From the human T2T-CHM13v2.0 reference genome, Homo sapiens, in assembly GCF_009914755.1 (NCBI RefSeq), contig NC_060933.1: a stretch of DNA of 64,000 nt. One strand, given 5' to 3'. The notes beneath the pieces are model-generated. The model was not told the DNA's origin. It made no database searches and was given only the letters and a program-made list of their open reading frames with translations. Each line of letters begins with the position of its first letter. Positions within the stretch are counted from its first letter, which is position 1. Shown here piece after piece: positions 12,194-26,028 of this stretch. The position numbers and the translations under genes are program-made.

Positions 12194-15100
12194 TTAGCTT
12201 CCCTCTGAGAGTGGTTCCCCACTTCTCACCTCTGAGAGGAAGCTTGGGCCTGGTGGAGATGGTGGCCTTGGGCACCCCGAGATCTGGAAGGTGGGGGGCT
12301 GCTGGTCGGCTGGTGTCCAGCCCGGTTCCCAGCAGCTTTGCCTGGCTCCCCCTGGAGGCTGCGGGGGCTGGTGAGGCTGGCTGGGCACAGTACAGGAGTG
12401 GGCAACTTTCCGGGGGCGCAGGGGCAAGTGAGTTGGGGGCTTCTGCCCAAGTCACCTGCCAGCTCGCCAGCCGCTGCCCAGCACAGCTGAACCCGCTCCT
12501 CACGTGGACTCAGGCCCTCCTGAGAAATTGCCTCGACTGGATGTAAGAGAGGGTGCCCTAGAGGCCTAGGAGCCCGGGGAACCCCCACTTACCCCACCCA
12601 GGAATGGCAGCTCCTTGGTCTCAGCAGCAGCCTGGGGGCCTCTCCTCTTGAAGGCAGCTCAGGGAGCCTGGCCTGAAGGGTTTCTCTTCCTCAAACCTTC
12701 TTTGCCCAAAGGGGCTTGCTTCAGCCTCCATGGTAGGGTTGGGTGAGTCTGGCATGGCCTCTCTCATGACCCCGATGCTGGAATGGGTGGGCAACAATGA
12801 GGGAAATCAGGATGCTGACAGGGGTCCTGAGGTCACCCAAGCCCTCCCCTATCCATAAGGACACGCACGTGGGGACCCCAGCCCTGGCTCTGTGGAAACC
12901 CCAAGCTGACCTGGAGGAGGGGATCAGCCGCTTGGAGGACCCTCCTGGGTGCTTGGGGTGGGGTCTGATGCCTCTATCTGCCATTAGAAGCCATCCCATA
13001 TCTCCTCATCTTCCTCCTCATCCCCAGTGCCTGTGCCTTCCCCTTCCTGGAGTGGAGACCAGGGGTCGTCTGCCTGGCCTGGTGGGACCCCCTTCCTGTG
13101 TACTGCAGTGACTCACAGGAGCCGTGTGAGGTGGGAGGACGTGCTTATCTGAATGCAGGAGGGAGTGCAGGCGGGGTCTGGAGGCCATGGGGGGCCCAGG
13201 TCTGAAAGGGCTGAGCCCAGCAAGACCTGCCTGCCGGCTCTGGGTGAGAAAGCCCTTAGGTGGAGGGGAGGGGACACTGGGATGGGGTCCTGGGCTGTGG
13301 ACGGAAGGGCTGGTGTGCCCGGACACGGCAGCACAGGCTCCACTCGGGCCCCTGAGGGACCATCGTGCTGGCCTTGGCCATGGGGGTGTCTCAGGTCTGG
13401 GTAAGGTGGAAGTGCCGCTTGGTCTCTCTCTGCACCAGGGGAAGAGATTGAGGGGCAGGGAGACCCAACCATCAGCACAGGGCAGGTGCAATGTGGGGGC
13501 TCAGCACAGACTGGCACCCCTCACGCCCTCCCTATTTCTACCCTGGGGCAGGCTCTGTGAGGGAAGCGGGTGCTGCTGCCAACCCCTGGCAGGCTGTGAG
13601 CGAGCAGGTGGGCGGGCAGGACTCGGGCTTCCTGTTTCCCCCGGGAGTAGAGCCTCTGGCAGTGAGTCACCACAGCCTCCATCGCCCGTGGCCTTGGACA
13701 GAGAAGAGCTCGGCGGGCCATGTGGGCAGAGGAGGCTGTACTGCTGGGCAGGCCGCTCCCAGCGGGGATGACCCAGCCCATCGGTACCGCCCGGTGGAGG
13801 AAGTGGACAGAGTTGGGAGCTCACTCACCTCAGGGACCTGATGGTGGACCCTCACCACTGCTTACCAGATGGTGTCTCGGGTGCTCCCATGGAGCAGCAT
13901 TCAGCCACAGTCCACCTGCGCCCAGGCTCTGGAGCCCCTTGAGCCATGCTGACAGTCTCACTGCCCCTCTGCCTGGGAGTCCAGGGGCAACTGATGGAGG
14001 CCCTGGCCCTCCCAGCCAGAGCCAGCTCTCAAGAGTGTCCCGGAAGCCTAAGTGAGCGTCATGGCCCTTGGAGGACACAGACTTGGGCTCTTCTTCTGCA
14101 GAGGGGTTAACAGCCCCCAAAGGGCAGCTCGAGGAGCCAGCGGGACAGGGGCTGCCTGAGGGCTTGGGTCCTGACGGTGTCCCCGAGCTGGGTCCCAGGC
14201 ACCTTGTGCAGACTCTGGTCTGTGGCAGTGGAGGTGCGGCTTCCATCCTGCCCTGCACTGAGGCTCAGGAAGATGCTGTGTATGTCGGGGGATGCATGCT
14301 TTGGGGACACTTGGGGCTGTCACACCACAGGCCCATCTCTCCAAAGGGGCAGATTCCAGACAAGGAGTCCCAGTGGGGAGGGGTGGGGCAGGCAGCCACC
14401 CCCCGCCATGCTGCACCAGGACCCAGCCCACCGGGGCCACTGAAGCCACCACTGGAGGCAACGTCAGGGTCGCCAACACTCCCAGGCATTAAGCAGGACA
14501 TGAGAGGTGCCAGGAAGGCCCTGCCCACTGGCTGGGGCTCCCGGCAGGCAAGAGGAAGCTTCGTCCCTGAGCATGGCCAGGGCCACTGCCTTGGCTCCTT
14601 GGGCCACCCCAAGCTGAGTGCCCCAAGCTGGTGCCATGGGGCCCAGGCACCAGGGTCACCTGGGAAGGGAGTGGCCGCCTTGCCACAGAAAGCCCGGCCC
14701 CAGTGCAGGCCTCCCGGGGTCAGAACACTGCCCCAGAGCGGCCTGACCAGGCTGTTTCATTAGCTCCTCTGACAACAGAGAACGGAACTTGACTTGGTTC
14801 TCTGGAGTTGAGCAACACCAAATATTTTTTCACACAACAAGCTGAGAAGTGGACCACAAACAGGGCCCGGCATTGCTGGGAACACGGGGCAGCGGGCCTG
14901 CGTGGAGGATGGACCCCTGCCGGCCCCACAGGCAGCAACTGTGGATGGGCCAGGCAGGGCCAGCAGGAGCAGGAATGGGTGCAGAAGGAGGGGGCAGCCC
15001 AGACCCCTCCCTGGCCCTGCTGGATGCACCCCTTCCATTCACCCGACCCTACCCCACAGTGAATCCAGCTGCCCCGCAGGGACAGGGTAGCTGGGAACAG

Positions 15101-17394
15101 AGAGAGGCTTCTCTCACAGGGTGAAGGCCCCACCAGGCCTCCAAGCAGAAGGGGTTGCGGTGGGGATGTCTCTAGGAACAGCCCTGCCCTCCGAGCCCTC
15201 ATCTGTCATCCTTAATAGCTGAACAATTTCTCAGCTGGTCGGGAAGTGCCTTGAGACCTGGGTGACTCGGTGTGCTGAGGGCCTTCTAGAATCATCCCTC
15301 CTGCGAAGAGCCTGGGATTGCATAAGTGCCCTCCTCCTGCCCAGCCCTCCCAGCTCCATCATCTCTTCCTATCCCCTCCCCACCCCCAACATCCTGCCCC
15401 CACACACCAGCCTGGCCCCTGCTGAAGAAGCAGGGGGCCCAGGCAGCCTTCCTCCAGAGGGAGCTTTGCTCCGCCTCTCTTGGGGCTGGGGGCGGGGGTC
15501 CTGCCTGTACCCCCAACCCCACCTGCTCTCTGAAGGCCACTCTGGGACCCTGAGCTGAGAAGGCCCGGGAGCCAGCCCCAGCTCCCTGAAGGGCACTGAG
15601 CCCAGAGTTTCTGCGTGAAGGCGTGAGTGGCCTGGGCAGGACCTAGGGCACAGGTCAGCTCTCCTTCGGGGGTGCTCTGGGGAAGCTAGGGCTGGGCTGC
15701 GCCTGCACCACCCTGCTCCTGCCTTAGGGCCCCAGGTCCCCATGTGACAGACTCAGGTGTAGCTGGAGCTTTGAAACAGAGGGGGACAGTCAGGAGGAAG
15801 GGTGTGGCCAGGCCTGACCCAAAGGTGAGGGTGGGGCACGAGGGACACACGGCCGAGCCCAAGGGGCAGTGGTGGTTTAGGGGCCGTGAAGGTTCGAGGA
15901 GGAGTCGGGGAACCATGCAGGGTGAGGGCTGGGGTGGGAGAGGCCTGGAGCTGAGTTTGGGAAGGGTGGCCCCTGGACTGGGGGACCCCCAGAAGGGGCT
16001 GAAGTGGCCCCCAACGCTCTCGGCCTGAGCTGCTGGGCCAGCCCCAGCCTCGAAGCCACTCCGCTCCAGCACCGGGTCCCCTGGCGTGCCTCCTGCCCAG
16101 AGCTGCTGAGCTCAGGGAAACGCCAGCCTGCTCAGTCCCTGGGGGTGGTGGGGTAGGGGGTGGTTATATTTAACATTCTGCCCGGGGCCATCCTGCTGTG
16201 TGCAGGCGTACTGATAGGGCAGGGAGGGGCCAGGTGGGATCCCAGTCCTGCCCCTGGCCCTTCTCGCCCTGGGGCCCTTTCCAGAGCAAACACCCACAGG
16301 CTTGGGAGGACACGGCCAGCCTGAGAAATGGCCTTGGCCAGGCCGGTGGGGCCCAGGCAGGCTGGGGTCTCCTGGCCGGGGGAGGGTGCCGGCCATGCGC
16401 ATACCAGGAGCCAATCCCAGAGCCTCGGGGCCGCCTGTCTGTCTTTCCTGGACCCCCTTGGTGTGCCACCTGCATGATTGAGTCAAGGTCTGGTTTATTG
16501 GAGCAGGAAAGGCCCGGGATGGTGTCCAAAAGTTCTGGCAGGTTCCATGTGCTTTACGGTGTCCTGAGTGAGTGAAATGCATGTCATGATTTCTCCAGTC
16601 CCTTTCCAGCTCAGGGTCGGTTTGCCTGTGTTGCCCCCACTCGACTGTGGACAGGGCTGGAGGCCAGGCCTGCTCGCCCTTGTCTCCTGGGCCCCCTACC
16701 AGGAAGCAGGGTCCTGGAAGGTGGGCCTGAGTCAGGGTGGGGGAAGGTGACGCCTCTGCTGTGGAGACTGTGGCTCCCGGGTGGGCTGCACCTTCCTCCT
16801 AGCCCTGTCCCTCCCTCCGACGGTGGGTTCCAGGGGCTTGCGTTGCCTCCAGCCCTGGGTGACCAAGGAGTGGGCAGGATCAACAGGAGGGCCACAGAGG
16901 CTGTCGGTGACCAGGGCCCATCACATGTGAACGGTGTCTTGTGGGGCATCACCTGGCTGTGGGGGCATGGAGGAGGGTCCGTGATACCCCTGGGCCCAGG
17001 GCTGGCTCAGTCCTCAGCCTGTGCGTCTTTATGACTCAAGCGGGGGGCCTCTGGCTCCCCCAAACACACCCCCAGGATATCCAGGGAGACCCTGAGAGGG
17101 CGAATCCCGCGTCCCCTGGGGCTGCATCCCCCGTCCCACCCCTGGGGCCGGCACAGCGGGGCACACGGCTTCATCACCAAGCCCATGTCCCAGGGACTCA
17201 TGTGTGTGACACAAAATGAAATTCCTCCCGCATTAGTGTAAAACAGAACACAGATGCCCAGTGGGAGGGGCTGGCATCCTCCGCGTCAGGAAGCCACCAA
17301 CCGTTTGGGCTTCAGGTTGTAATTCCCAATGCGCTCCCTCCACTGTTCCGTTTCCATCATCCGGCGCGTCCAGCTGAAATGGAATGGGTGTAAG

Positions 17395-17755
17395 TGTGTT
17401 TATGCCTCGTCTCAGTCTTCCCAGCTGCTATGGAAAAGCACCACAGACCCGGCAGCCTCAGCAACAGAGATTTATTTCTCAGTTCTGGAGGCTGGAAGCC
17501 CAGGATCAAGGCGCCGGCGGACCAGGCTCCTGGTGAGAGCATCTCTCAGGCTTGCACGTGGCGTCTTCTCACTGCGCCCACGGGGCAGAGAATGCAGGCT
17601 CTCTGCTCTCTTCCTGTGGGGCACTGCTCCCATCCCGAGGCCCCACTCTCATGAACTCGTCCAAGCCTACTCACCTCCTGAAGGCCCTGTCTCTAAATAC
17701 CATCCCATCAGCGGTGGGGGCTTCAACAAGGGAATCTGGGGGTGCAATTCAGCCT
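17395..17755 (-). mobile_element. MaLR (MLT1/MST-type) solo LTR
   Basis: atttatttctcagttctggaggctggaagcccaggatcaagg hallmark. Confidence 0.8.
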
Positions 17756-19414
17756 GGAGCAGGCTTGGAGGGAAAGAAGGGGACGCTGCAAAAGATGTCG
17801 TGGGAAATCCTCCGGGGGATTAAGTTGCCCCTTCATTTCAAATTCCTTAAACTTCAAGGGCATCTGCCAGGTCCCTCGGGAGAGCCTCCTGCATGCAGCT
17901 TTCCTCTCCTCTCCAGCGCTCATCACAACAGCGGCCACTGTGTGAGTGAAGGCTGAGGCCACACTGCCTGTGCCTCCCCAGCAGTCAGTGACGGGCGTGG
18001 CTCTCCAAGGCAGTGAACTTGCAGAGTGCAGGAAGCTGGGGGCTGCAGAGCTCGCCTGCAGGGCAGCACCCCAGAGGCCTGGCAGGGTGGGTGAGCTGTC
18101 CCGTGACCCGTCACCCCTCCACCAGGTCCCAAAAGCAAAAGCGTTGGTGGGGTGTCAGGAGTTCCAGCTGTACCTAGAAATTGTCCTGCATCCTGTTCCA
18201 GGAGATATCGTCCATCTTGGGGTCAACATGGAATGCCACCTGCATGAACAGGGCCGGCGCCGGCATCCACTGCCATTGCCCGAGGCTTGGCTCCACAGGG
18301 TGGCAGGCAGGGAGGAGAGGCTGCTGCTCCCTGGCAGGAAGTTCTTGTGCACCACGTGAGCGTGTGGCTCCCGAAGGGGCATTTTGTGCCTGTGCGACCG
18401 ACAGCTGTGCCCACGCGTCTGCTGCATGGCCATGTCTACACGGGGCCTGCTGCCTCCAGAGGGACCCTGGGGCTTGGGGGGCCTCAGAGCCCTGTCAGTA
18501 GGAAGGGGGCCCTGGCTCTCCTGGTGGGTGTCCGGAGCATCTAGAGCTGTCCCGGGAAGTGCCGTGTCCCAGGGACCTTGTTACTGATGATTCTGCCAGT
18601 CTGGCAAGTCCATCAAAGGCATCACCGCCTTCAGTGCCAGGCCACCCCTCGGGGCTTGCAGGCCTGGTGTCCGGCTGCCCCCAGCCCAGCACAGGTACCT
18701 CATGTCCTTGAACACCCCCTCCTCCATCCAGTCTGAGCGCCATGGCTCAGCGCAGCCCCGTCCCAGACCAGTGTCCGTTCCCCTGAGGGTGCTGTGGGCT
18801 GGGGAGGCCCAGGTATCCCTGCCACCTTCACTCTGAGCCCGTCTCTTCCTCTCCAGGTTTTCATAAGAGGCCCCGGGAAGCTCCATGCCCTCCTCCCAGC
18901 ACTCCTGCTTTCCCCTCTGAATTTTTATCCATCATGGGCCCCTGAATAAGAGCTGACTGTGGGATCCGGGCTCAGAGGCTCGAGAGGCACAGGGGGAGGG
19001 CACCAAGGGCCTTGCAGTCCAGGCCAGCCTCAGGGTCAGGCCTCCAGGGGCCTCAACTTTGTGTCCTCCCCATGGGGTGCTTTTCATCCCCGGAGGCCAG
19101 GCTGGGGGTGGCTCAGGGGGCACCATCTGCACAGGTGGGGGCAGCCGTGGGCGGGTAGAGACAGCGGGCCCCGCGTGCACTCCCATCCTGAGCCCCCTGA
19201 GCCTCAAACAAGAGTGAAGGCAGTGCCCAGGGAAGCACAGGCCAACGGGGGCAGGCACAGCCTTGTGGTGGCCAGAGAACCAGGTCCTCACCTGCAGGAT
19301 CCAGGCAGGCCAGTGGTCGGCGAGGGGCGTGGCCAGTCTGCCTGTTCCTTCCTCCACGTATGCAGGCATTCATTCATTCAGTCATGCAACAGAGGTCAAG
19401 TTGAGTGTCTGCTG

Positions 19415-19605
19415 TAGGCACCAGATTCAGCAAATACAAATACAGGATGCCTGGTTAAATATGACTGTCAGATAAACAGTGAATCATTTCCCAGTGGAAG
19501 TGTATCCTATCCAATATCGGGGACGTGCTTATACTTAAGACAATTATTTTCCATCTGACATTGAAACCTCACCAGGTGTGTCATGTATTTCATTGGGATC
19601 CCTAG
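19415..19605. mobile_element. MER53-like palindromic hAT MITE
   Basis: ccagattcagcaaatacaaatacaggatgcctggttaaat...cagataaaca...aatatcggggacgtgcttatactta follows the recalled MER53 consensus. Confidence 0.75.
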
Positions 19606-20084
19606 CTCCGGCTGGGTCGGCTGGGCTGCCCCGAGAGGCCCAACATGAAGGCCCCGGCCACCCACCTGGATTGGAGCTTCCTCCGCCCAGGCAGAGCCTG
19701 GGCTCCTGCAGGCACAGATGGGCCCCCCACCACTGGCTTCGAGGATGACCCTGAACCTTCCCTCTAGCAGACAACAGATCTGACAGGGTCTTCCCCCCAT
19801 GAGAGGGGGTGCCCCTGGGCTCCCCCATGTGATCCTGAGGGTAATCTTGGTGGAAGCAGCGCTGGGGCCTGTCCCTGCCCCACCCAGGAGGCAACTGCGT
19901 GGGGGGGCGTGTGGTGGACACATGACAAACCCAGCCCAGGATCCCTTGGTGGCTCAATGGCCCAACCGCCTCCCTGCACAGACAGGAAAACGGAGTCCTC
20001 AGAAGGGCGGGGCCTGTCGAGGGCCACACAGCTGCCGGGGGGGACCTCAGAAGGAGGGGTCTGTGGAGAGTACTCCAGGTCCCC

Positions 20085-20478
20085 TATAGTGTTTGAACAG
20101 GGCCTTCGAAAGATTCCTGTCCTCCCAGAACCCCAGAATGTGGCTTATGTAGAAACACGGTCTTTGCAGATGTGATTAGTTGAGGATCTCAAGGTGAGGC
20201 CATTCTGGACCGAGGGGCTCAGATCCAGTGACTTATACGAAGAGAAGGAACAAACCCAGAGACACAGAGAAGAAGCCACGCCGGGACAGACGCAGAGATC
20301 ACAGTGACGCTACCACGAGCCCAGGGCCACCAGGAGCTGGAGACGGCGGAGGACCCGCTACGCTTGCGGGGGAGGGTGGACCTGCCAACACCAGGATTTT
20401 GCATTCTGGTCTCCAGAACAGAGAGAAGAGACCGCTGTAGTTTTGGGCACTCAGTTTGTGGTATTGAGCCCCAGGACA
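20085..20478 (+). mobile_element. MaLR (MLT1) solo LTR
   Basis: cagaatgtggcttatgtagaaacacggtctttgcagatgtgattagtt ... ctccagaac ... tttgtggta. Confidence 0.8.
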
Positions 20479-21497
20479 CCCATGCACAAATGAGAGGGTG
20501 CAGGGGTCACTCTGGGACAGCACCAAAGCCGGGGGGGCCCCAGGGGCCACTAAGGAGGTTCCCACGTGGAGCTGTGGCTGCCCTTGCTGGGTTTGGGACC
20601 CTCAGCCGGGTCCAGGCGGACAGAGTCTGTTTCCAGCACAGCCCCGTCCTTTTGCTGGGCGGTTTGCCTGGGCGTGTCCTAAGTTGATTGAATATATGCT
20701 GGAAAGCAGAAATGCCGGAAAAGAGGCCCCCTCCCACCCGCCCTGGGAGCCCAGGTCTGGCAGGAGGAACCACCTGGGCGATAGGGGTCTGGGGAGGAAG
20801 AGGGGTTGGTGGGCAGCAGCCTCCCCGGCCACCACCCAGGAGCCATGGCTGTGGGGGCTCGGAGTGGCCACCCCACCCAGGAGGAGGGGCCTGTCAGGGC
20901 AAGAGACCCCCACATCCTCCCCTGACCTTGATCCACAGAAGGGCCGGCAAAGGACTGGGGAGAGGCCTGCAGTCGTGGGGGCAGGGGGATGAGGGGAGGG
21001 GACAGGAGGAGCCAGGGCGCTGTCTGGGCTGGGGGCTGGGCTGGGGCAGGGGCAGCTGAGGGCCTGCGGTGGATGCTCCCAGCCCCTCTCCACAGCACTA
21101 CGTGGCACAGGGCCAGCAGCCCCCGGGGGAGACTCCCGGCCTGCAGGGCCCTCTGGGGCCTCCCTGGGTCTCGGATCCCTTCCAGGGACCTGGATGAGGC
21201 CGTACCCCCAGGGACAGAAGTGCCCCTGGGAGCAAAGCCAGCCCAGTCTTGGGTGGCCTGAGCTCAGAGCTCCCCCTGGCTTCTGTGGCTCGCCATGTGG
21301 CCAGGGCCGCATCTTTACCCCCACCCCGTTCCAAGCCTCAGTGGGTCCCTTGGTAGGTAGAACCTGTTGGGAGGGTAAAGCGAGGCACCCCAGGTAAGCC
21401 AAGTTCTGCTACGGACGGGGCCCCTTGGAGACCCAGATCAGACTCTGCCAAGGCCTCGCCCTACTCCCGCCCCCAACCTGATGATTAGCTAATTAAT

Positions 21498-22430
21498 TCT
21501 GTCTCTCCCTCCCTCTATCTCTCCTTCCCTCTCTCTCTCTCTACCTCTCTCCCTCCCTCTCTCTCTCTCACTCTCTACCTTTCCCTCCCTCTCTCCCTCC
21601 CTCTCTCCCTCTCTCTCTCTTCCTCTCTCTCCGTCTTTCCTATTCTCTCTCTCTCTCCCTCTCTTTCCCATTCTCTCACTCTCTCCCTGTCTCTCTCCCT
21701 CCCTCTCCCTCTCTCTTTCCCATTCTCTCTCTCCCTCTCTCCCTCTTTCCCATTCTCTCTCTCTCCCTCTCTCTCTCTCCCTCCCTCTCCCTCTCTTTCC
21801 CATTCTCTCTCTCCCTCTCTCCCTCTCTCTTTCCCATTCTCCCTCTCCCTCTCTTTCCCATTCTCTCTCTCCCTCTCTCCCTCTCTCTTTCCCATTCTCC
21901 CTCTCCCTCTCTTTCCCATTCTCTCTCTCTCTCCCTCTCTCCCTCTGTTTCCCATTCTCTCTCTCCCTCTCTTTCCCATTCTCTCTCTCTCCCTCTCCAT
22001 CTCTCTCCCTCTCTGCCCCCTTTTCTCCCCCCTCTCCCTCCCTCTCTCCCTCTTTCCCCTTCTCTCCCCTCTCCCTCCCTCCCTCTCTCCCTCCCTCTTC
22101 CTCTCTCCCCCCCTCCCTCCCCCCTTTCTCCCTCTCTCTCTCTTTCCCATTCTCTCTCTCCCTCTCCCTCTCTCTCTCTCTTTCCCATTCTCTCCCCCTC
22201 TCTCTCTCCCTCTTTCTCCCTCTCTTTCCCATTCTCTCTCTCTCCCTGTCCCTCTCTTTCCCATTCTCTCTCTCCCCCTCTCTCCCTCCCTCTTTCTCCC
22301 TCTTTCCCATTCTCTCTCTCTCTCCCTCTCCCTCTCTCTCCCTCTCTCTCCCACTCTCTCCCTCTCTTTTCCCTTCTCTCCCCCCTCTCCCTCTCTCTCT
22401 CTCTCTCTTTCTCTCTCTCCCTCTCTCTCT
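21498..22430. repeat. ~930-bp polypyrimidine (CT-rich) tract with recurring ctctttcccattctct subunit
   Basis: Almost exclusively C/T on the + strand. Confidence 0.97.
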
Positions 22431-22859
22431 GTCAGTTTCCCCACTCTCTGCAGGGTCCCCTCCACAGTGATTAGTCAAGGCCCAGCCCGAGGGGCCTGGG
22501 AACGGGGAGGGGGAGCCCAGCCGTGTGTCACCTTTGGGAGAGGAGGACCTCTTCCATGCCTGGTGGTACTGTTGTGCCTTTGAAGGGAGGTGTGGCACCA
22601 GGCCGGGTGGTGTCCGCCATGCCAAAGGCCACTCTGCATCCCGGCCCCCAGCCCCTGGGTACTGCTCCTCCAGCCCCCACTCGCTGGCCTGGATTCTCCG
22701 GACAGAGGTGGGGCCCACAGGGGAGCAAAGGACCATCCAGAGAGCGTGGGTCTGTGCCAGGGCCCTTCTCAGAGCAGCCGAAGGATGACCATCCTGACTG
22801 ACCGTCCCAATCTGCAGCCTGGGACTGGGACCTGCTGTGCAGGGCTCTAAAAAGGCGAG

Positions 22860-23268
22860 TGAGGGAAAGATGTTGCAGTGGGGAGGCCATCCTGGCCCAA
22901 AACGCAGTCACAAAGTCCTTAAAAGAGGGCGGCAAAGAGGGTTAAAATGGCAATATTTGTGTTATGCACATTTACTACAAAAACAAGCTTGCCTTAAGAA
23001 AACTCAAAAAAGAAAAAGATTAACAGGCAGAAGGAGATGGCCGTGTGAAGGCGGGGGCAGAGACTGGAGTGATGTGGCCACCGCCGAGGGGTGCCTGGAG
23101 TCCCCAGAAGTTGGAAGAGGCAGGAAGGACCTTCCCTAGGGCCTCCAAGGAAGCGTAGCCTTGTGACACTGGACTTCAGCCCAGGGACACTGATGTCCAA
23201 CTCTGGCCTCCAGAACTGTTGCTTCAAGCCCCCCGCTGTGGTACTTTGTTATGGCAGCCCCAGGACAC
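22860..23268 (+). mobile_element. MaLR (MLT1) LTR fragment with a short AT-rich insert
   Basis: ccagaagttggaagaggcaggaagga ... tctggcctccagaactgt ... tgtggtactttgttatggcagcccc. Confidence 0.75.
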
Positions 23269-23869
23269 CCCGACACCAGGAAATCGCATAATTGTTTGGA
23301 GGGAGAACATCGGGGCAGATTCACCTGGTTTCTATGTGGGGCAGAAAAGAGCCAGCGGCCAAGCCACCCGCAGGCCCCTCCTTGGGAAGTGAGACCCCCA
23401 CAGCCTCACTGCGGATGTAACAGCCACCCACGGCCTGCCTGGGAAAAGCCCAGATTTCAGGAGGCCCTGATTAGGTCTCCCAAGACTCACGCCCTGTTCC
23501 GGGGGAACAGGAAGTGGGAGGCATCTCCCCAGAACTCAGGGAGGCCAAGGCCATGCCCACGGAGGGGCAGAGAGCCGGGGGCCGGAGAGTGAGGGCCGCA
23601 GCCACGGGCTGGGAAGGGGAGAGGGCCGGGCAGGGGTCCTGGGAGAGGGGCAGCCCAAGCCCAGCTTGGAGAGACATCTCCCCAGCGGCCCCGGCATGTG
23701 CTCAGCAGCTGGTGAGCTCAATCCAGGAGTGTTTTGCCGGGTCTGGTTATGGTGATTCACAAACCCCTTTTTAATCTGGAACAGCTCCCACCAGGCGGGT
23801 CCCCCAGGATTTCCCACCCTACCCCCGGGATTGTGAATCTGAGACATCACACCACGATTGTCACGTGAC

Positions 23870-24580
23870 ATGGTGTTCGGGATTGAACTGTGTCCCCCAA
23901 GATTTATATATCAAAGCCCCAACCCATGGTACCTTAGACTATGACTGTATTTGGAAATTGGTTCTTTAGAGGTAATTAAGGTGAAATGAGGTCATTCAGT
24001 TGGGCCCTAATTCAATAGGACTAAGGCCCCTCTTTATACAAAGGAGGAATGGGGAGACAGGTATACACGGGAGATATAATTAAGTTCGCTGAGCAGTTGA
24101 ATTTGAATTAATCAAAGGGCGATTATCCGAGTGGGCTGCGTCTACTCACACGTGCCCTCTGAAAGCAGCGTTTCCTCTGGCTGGCAGTGGAAGAGGTGAA
24201 GTGACTGGAGGCAGCAGGGAACTGAACACATCTGTACTTGCTTTAGAGATGAGGGCATATGCCAAGGAAGGAGGTGGCCCTGGGGAGCTGAGAGCAACCC
24301 CCTGCCAGCGGCCAGCAAGAAAGGGGGTCCTCTGTCCCACTGTGCAGGAGGGGATTCCGCAGATGGCGGGAATGAGCCTGGGAGCAGATTCCTGCTGGGC
24401 TCCAGATGCGGGCCCAGCCCTGCGGATGCCTCCGTCTCAGCCTCATGGGACCCTCTGCAGAAAACCAAGCTCAGCTGTGCGCAGACTTCTACCCTACAGA
24501 ACTGAGAAGTGATAAGTGGGTGCTGCTGTGAGCTTCCAGGCTGGTGGTGGTTCGTTACGCAACAGAGGTAGCACGTACAC
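23870..24580 (+). mobile_element. Cluster of MaLR (MLT1) LTR fragments
   Basis: ttgaactgtgtcccccaa...atgactgtatttggaaat...; gacttctaccctacagaactgaga. Confidence 0.7.
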
Positions 24581-25237
24581 CAGGCCTCTCGTCCTGCAGA
24601 AGTTTCCACCGTCTGCACGTGTCCGGTGGCCTCTCTGTGGGTGGTTCAGCTTGTTCTTCTGCCTCCAGTATTTTTTGCAAAGTGGAAGTTGGGTCTGCAG
24701 GCCTGCTGGACAGAGCTTACTTGATCGAGGCTTGAAAATGTTGCACGTGCCCTTGGTGTCTGCGTGTGGCCTCAGGTCCTGGTTGCCCGTGTCAAAGATG
24801 GCCTGATGGACCTGCTGGGGCCAGCCCAACCCCACCACTGGGCAGGTACTTCCCCCTGGTCACCTCAAGGTGGCCTGTGGCTTTACAAGCACCCAGTGTT
24901 CCCTCTGTGGCTCTTGGCCCCCTCTGAAGGCCCTTCCCAAGCCTGTCCTTCCACTGGGACCTGGGAGGTGCAGGCTGCCTTTTTCTCTTCCTCCCTCCAT
25001 CAGCGTTACCCACATTCTCCTCTGCACTGTGCTGATCCTTCATCCATGGGAGCTGTGCACCCCCAAATATAATTCCTGCTGGAAACACCCTCGACCCTTT
25101 CTCTTTAATGACAGATTTTCACAGTAAGGCAGTGTTGAATTGCAGCCTCTAGTGGCGACAACAAGGAAAGGGGTTCCCTGGACTCCCCCTTCGGAGCATC
25201 AGGTGTGGACCCATGGAGTTCCGTGGACCTGCCGTGT

Positions 25238-26028
<791 letters not shown>

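Noticed and set aside
21489-22736. 415-aa and overlapping E/R/G-rich minus-strand ORFs
   Set aside because: Translations of the CT simple repeat; stops are absent only because of composition.
25141-25158. CTCF-like motif (reverse complement CCACTAGAGGCTGCA)
   Set aside because: Two mismatches in the conserved GGC core; unsupported without ChIP data.
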